This document shows positions 36,986 through 37,051 of a stretch of DNA of 37,051 nucleotides, one piece after another. The notes beneath the pieces are model-generated. The model was not told where the DNA came from. It did not search any database and worked only from the letters and a program-made list of their open reading frames with translations. The stretch lies in IMG/VR virus record IMGVR_UViG_3300028045_000005. One strand, given 5' to 3'. The translations under genes were made by a program, and so were the position numbers. The stretch's first letter is position 1, and each line of letters starts with the position of its first letter. This stretch comes from a virus.

Positions 36986-37051
36986 TACTCGTCCTTTGAT
37001 AAACAATACAGAGTAGCAACACCCCATTCGCCTGTGAGCTCACTATCATCT
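36925..37051. repeat. Terminal direct repeat, copy 2 (identical to 1..127)
   Basis: Read directly; see copy 1. Confidence 0.9.

Overview
The window is a complete, circularly closed tailed-phage genome with siphovirus-type organisation. Bases 1..127 are identical to 36925..37051 (an assembly overlap), so the unique length is 36,924 bp. The genome is AT-rich by eye. I found no tRNA, rRNA, CRISPR array, integrase, repressor, DNA polymerase, primase or helicase.

Layout. An 826-bp non-coding control region (16900..17725) separates two divergent early operons.
- The leftward (minus) early operon, 16899 to 13338, carries an HNH nuclease, small zinc-ribbon proteins, a G39P-like/paralog pair and a DUF1064 nuclease.
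- The rightward (plus) early/accessory operon, 17726 to 22789, carries an ERF annealing protein, a C39-like peptidase, a GH114-like lipoprotein, an HNH nuclease, a PAP2 phosphatase and a metallophosphoesterase.
- After a terminator/promoter boundary (13109..13337), one long minus-strand unit runs from 13108 through the coordinate origin to 22786. In order it encodes two DNA methyltransferases, TerS, TerL, portal, two basic paralogs, scaffold and major capsid. These are followed by an unusual eight-gene beta-rich paralog module, a permuted NlpC/P60-like hydrolase, connector/terminator proteins and the major tail protein. The unit ends with G/T-type chaperones, the tape measure, distal tail proteins, a 1186-aa fibre and a lysis cassette.

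Most notable observations.
- An HNH homing-endonuclease ORF sits out of frame inside the second methyltransferase gene. It forms an exactly 483-bp, in-phase insertion flanked by direct repeats, and the host frame stays open.
- A paralog-rich, fibre-like gene module lies between the capsid and connector genes.
- A secreted or membrane 'envelope-remodelling' gene set (GH114 lipoprotein, PAP2 phosphatase) is present in the early operon.
- An all-G/C 13-mer occurs twice, at the terS start and at the DUF1064 end.
- A chaperone -1 frame extension lacks a canonical slippery heptamer.

All functional calls come from motif recognition by eye. No database search was run.
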